This document shows positions 60,751-64,000 of a DNA stretch of 64,000 nt, one piece after another. Within the stretch, counting starts at the first letter, position 1. The number at the start of each line of letters is the position of its first letter. A model generated the notes under the pieces. The model saw only the letters and a list, made by a program, of their open reading frames with translations, was not told the origin of the DNA and made no database searches. The DNA is from Mytilus trossulus. Its lineage: Eukaryota. The stretch is from positions 54,149,216-54,213,215 of the forward strand of contig NC_086385.1 in the NCBI RefSeq assembly GCF_036588685.1. The letters are read 5' to 3'. Both the position numbers and the translations under genes were made by a program.

Positions 60751-62600
60751 TTATAATTTCCACCCGCTAAAACTTGTACGCATTTCATCTTGGCTCCTGA
60801 TTACTCCTTTTATGAGTTCAGTGGGGTGGGTACGTATGTAGACAACATCTCCATGGTTTAGTTCTGCAACTACACTCCCCGTTGATGTATGGTAGTCGCT
60901 TACCTCGTCACTATCTGTTTGAATTGCTCCAAACGGATCTGAATTGATTACAAGCTGAGAATAAATGTAACTATGCATACCAGTGGAGACTGTCCAGGTA
61001 AATGCGTATACACCATTAACAGGAGCAGTAAACATTCCACTGTACTTGTTGTAGGCTAGTCCAACGTTTGTCTTTACAACATCGAACCCGAGTACTTGTT
61101 GTTTTCCTGGTTGGGATTCTCCGTGACTCAGATAGCCATAAAATGCTACAATGTTATCATTCAAACCTGTAAATATCAACAGAAAAGATATTTTTGATAT
61201 CTTGTTTATTTTTTTTTACAATTTTCATAATTGGAGTCCATCCAGTGTCACATCGTACATTTTATATGTAGATGATGTTTGTGATCGAGATTATGTTTTT
61301 TTTCCTTCTAATTAATGAATACACCTTACAGATTTTCCATGTTTAGTTTTAATTGTGTTGGAATGGTCGTTCAGTATTGAGTTTATCTTGGTATTGTTAG
61401 TAATCCATATGTATTTGTCCATATTTGTGTTATCAAAAGTTAAAATAGATATTATCAGATCAAAATAAAAACCTAACATGGAAAACTAAAGTCTTGAGGC
61501 AAATACCCCTAAAAAACCGGGGTGAGCTCAGTTGCGCCGAAGGGTGAACTGCGCAAGTTTACCATACGTACAAATTAGTTAAGGCAAGATGACTCGTGAT
61601 AACACGGTCAATATTGCCTCAAACTTTACCCTTTAAGAAACAGAGTCTGCTTGAAATAGGCTTATCTTCACTAAAAACTCGTTATTTATCCAAAGGTTCT
61701 ATGCAGAATGGGTGTATTCGATCATTTTGATCTATAATCATCATTTGAACAATGTACAATTAATACACACTGTCACCAAAATGTATGTTAAATGGTGTAC
61801 AGCTCTTCATTTTTTATATAAGCTTTGGATTTCAAATATTTTGGCCACGACCATCACTAAAGAGACATGTATTGTCGAAATGCGCATCTGGTGCAAGAAA
61901 ATTGGGACCGTTAATTTTATTTAAAAGTACATTGTTCTATAAGATAACCTAATTTAGACAACAACCAATCAGTAAGAGTCAACTCCAGATAATTAGAAGT
62001 ATATATTCATTAAACTACTTATCATCTTCAAACTTCGATTAGTTTCAAGCATACTTAAATTAACCACCCTTACATGTTTGATATAATATACCTGCACGTT
62101 TTATAAAAGATAGCTTTCCTTTTCTTTTTCCGGTTTCCTCTTTTGGTATGGACTGAATCAACTGACGTCGTGCATGGTCTATAAACGAATGACTACCGTT
62201 TTTTTACAAAGTCACGTGGTTCTGACTGTTTCAAAGGACTGATTTTGAAGCCTCTTATTGATTGGTTCTGGCTCACGTCATTGATTGTACTATCTTGCAG
62301 TTCAGAGACATGTTGTACAACGTCGTTTATGTTTTGATCGTGCTTACGAGTTTGAATGTCCTGATCATTTAAGCGCAGCTGTTGCTCATGAATTCGATCA
62401 TTCTGACTTCTGATTTTCTCATCCTGCCTATTTAGCTGCTCATCCATTGCCATGATCATCGTTTCCAATTTTAAAATCTTTGCATTGTGTTTGTTCTGTA
62501 TTTCGTCAAGCATTAATCCATGAATCTTTATATTTTGAGTTTCACTTTTCACAGAGACTGCCAGTACACTGATAAGAAATCCAAATAAACCAAACTTCAT
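60751..62600 (-). CDS. Secreted coiled-coil C1q-domain protein (exons 62600-62092 and 61166-60751) with a +1 frameshift in an A7 run
   Basis: Signal peptide, heptad-rich region, then VAFYGYL...FDVVKTNVGLAYNKYSGMFTAPVNGVYAF...LNHGDVVYI...TSFSGWKL; GCAG|gtatat donor and ttacag| acceptor are both phase 1 only if one A is removed at ~62199-62205. Confidence 0.85.
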
Positions 62601-63519
62601 GATGACAGTTAGGTCTGTTAAACTGATTTCAGTAGGATTTTATATACGTAGGTGTTTATAAGTATTTAGCCAAGATAACCCAGGGTTATCTCGAGGTTTA
62701 GTCAGGACAGCATATATATTGCACTTGTACTTAATAGAATTGTATTTGCACTTAAGTTTATATAGACGGCATTACAAATGACATAAGATATCAGATTGGT
62801 TTACGATTTATAAAAGGGGTTGACTAAAGATAAGAATTAATCCAAAACAATATGGAGATGTAAGACAGACAGTCCAAAATTCAAAGCAAATAAAAAACCT
62901 TACACACAAACAAGGGAACAAACTGAATAAACAGATCAACACATGCACTAGATTGGCTATAAACAGAAAGAAATAACTTTTTAAAGATTAAGGTTACACA
63001 TCAAACGATTTCCTACGTATCTTTTTACTCCTTTCAGCAACGAAAATCCAGCTTTGGATGTTAATTATGTTTTCTTAATTTTCAGCTGGTTGGATATTGA
63101 ATATCAAATATCGAATAACGAGCCGGCTGCTACCTTCACATCAACTAATCAGTGTGAGGTAGCTTTAAAGACGGAATTAACATTAAAACTATCGTTTTGA
63201 CTTTAGATTTCGTGAAATAGATCGACCATACATGTACATATTTTTGTTGCTGATTTTTATTACCAAATATTAAGTATGGGATTACTTGTAATTATAATAT
63301 TTCAATTGGATGACAAAGGTATGTTTTTGCTCAGACAAACAATATTTGTCTGGCGTAGCAGTGCGTCAAATGATTTTTTTTCGGCATATCTCCTCGAAAT
63401 ATGACTTGTTAAATGAATTAAAACATATTTTTAGTACACTGTTCCTCCTCAATATGCTATTACTAAAATATAAACCTATGGTGTCCAGTTTGAAGGTTAT
63501 TTAAGTAAATGTATATGTC

Positions 63520-63680
63520 GTGTACAAGTTGCGATTTTGTACAGGTTACAACATGTACAAAAATATTGTACATGTTATAACTTGTATGATGCAAAAATAC
63601 AAGTTATAACATGTAAAAAAGTACCTCATACATGTTATAACCTGTACAAAATATTGCTTAAACTTGTACAAAATTTAAAA
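63520..63680. repeat. Short degenerate tandem/palindromic repeat (tgtac...gttataac)
   Basis: Recurrent tgtaca and gttataac motifs. Confidence 0.5.
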
Positions 63681-64000
63681 TAAATCTTAAAGAAGTAAAA
63701 TATACATTTAAATTCACCAATGCAGAAAGAACAACAATAAATAGGTCAGAACGTGTCTTTTTCTATAAAGGACAATGATCACAAAGTTTCAGAAATATAT
63801 GTTTCATAAATAATGTTGGCAAAATGTGTTTTCATGTAATTGTCTGTCTTATGCAGTCCATCATGGTTTAAAATTAGTGTGAAACTATTTACTAAAAGCT
63901 TGCATTCCTCAATGACAATTACATTAGATACTAGTTCCTAAATTCTTCAAAAAAATTTAAGAACGATTCTTAATGATTTTGGGAAATACTCCTCCCTCTC

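Noticed and set aside
62179-62196. 18-nt GT-AG micro-intron rescuing the C1q frame
   Set aside because: Too short for spliceosomal removal, and as a multiple of 3 it would not correct the phase.

Overview
AT-rich, repeat-dense animal genomic DNA, most likely a bivalve such as Mytilus (inferred from a coiled-coil C1q-domain gene and Helentron-like interspersed elements; not verified by search). Layout: (1) 380-16438, the last 12 coding exons of Integrator subunit 9 (INTS9). (2) 19689-38168, a complete ~18.5 kb Maverick/Polinton (adintovirus-like endogenous DNA virus) with AGTAGT...ACTACT termini, a 6-bp GATAAA target-site duplication (TSD) and intact integrase, penton, major capsid, adenain protease, packaging ATPase and protein-primed PolB ORFs, inserted in a 29-bp satellite. 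Its right arm carries accessory genes that the ORF track shows only as fragments: a spliced PC4-like protein with a SUMO-interacting motif, a BC/SOCS-box ORF that may be spliced to it, an antisense membrane-anchored PC4-like protein, and a 4-exon type I membrane protein. Both ends carry vertebrate-type telomere repeats in chromosome-end orientation. (3) 39148-45421, a foldback-like Mutator element whose inverted termini are 21-bp satellite arrays (9-bp TSD). (4) 49610-52926, an orphan class A GPCR. (5) 60751-62600, a C1q-domain gene with a 1-nt homopolymer frameshift. The accessory module and telomeric ends of the Maverick are the best candidates for undescribed biology. All family assignments come from motif recognition by eye, not from database searches.
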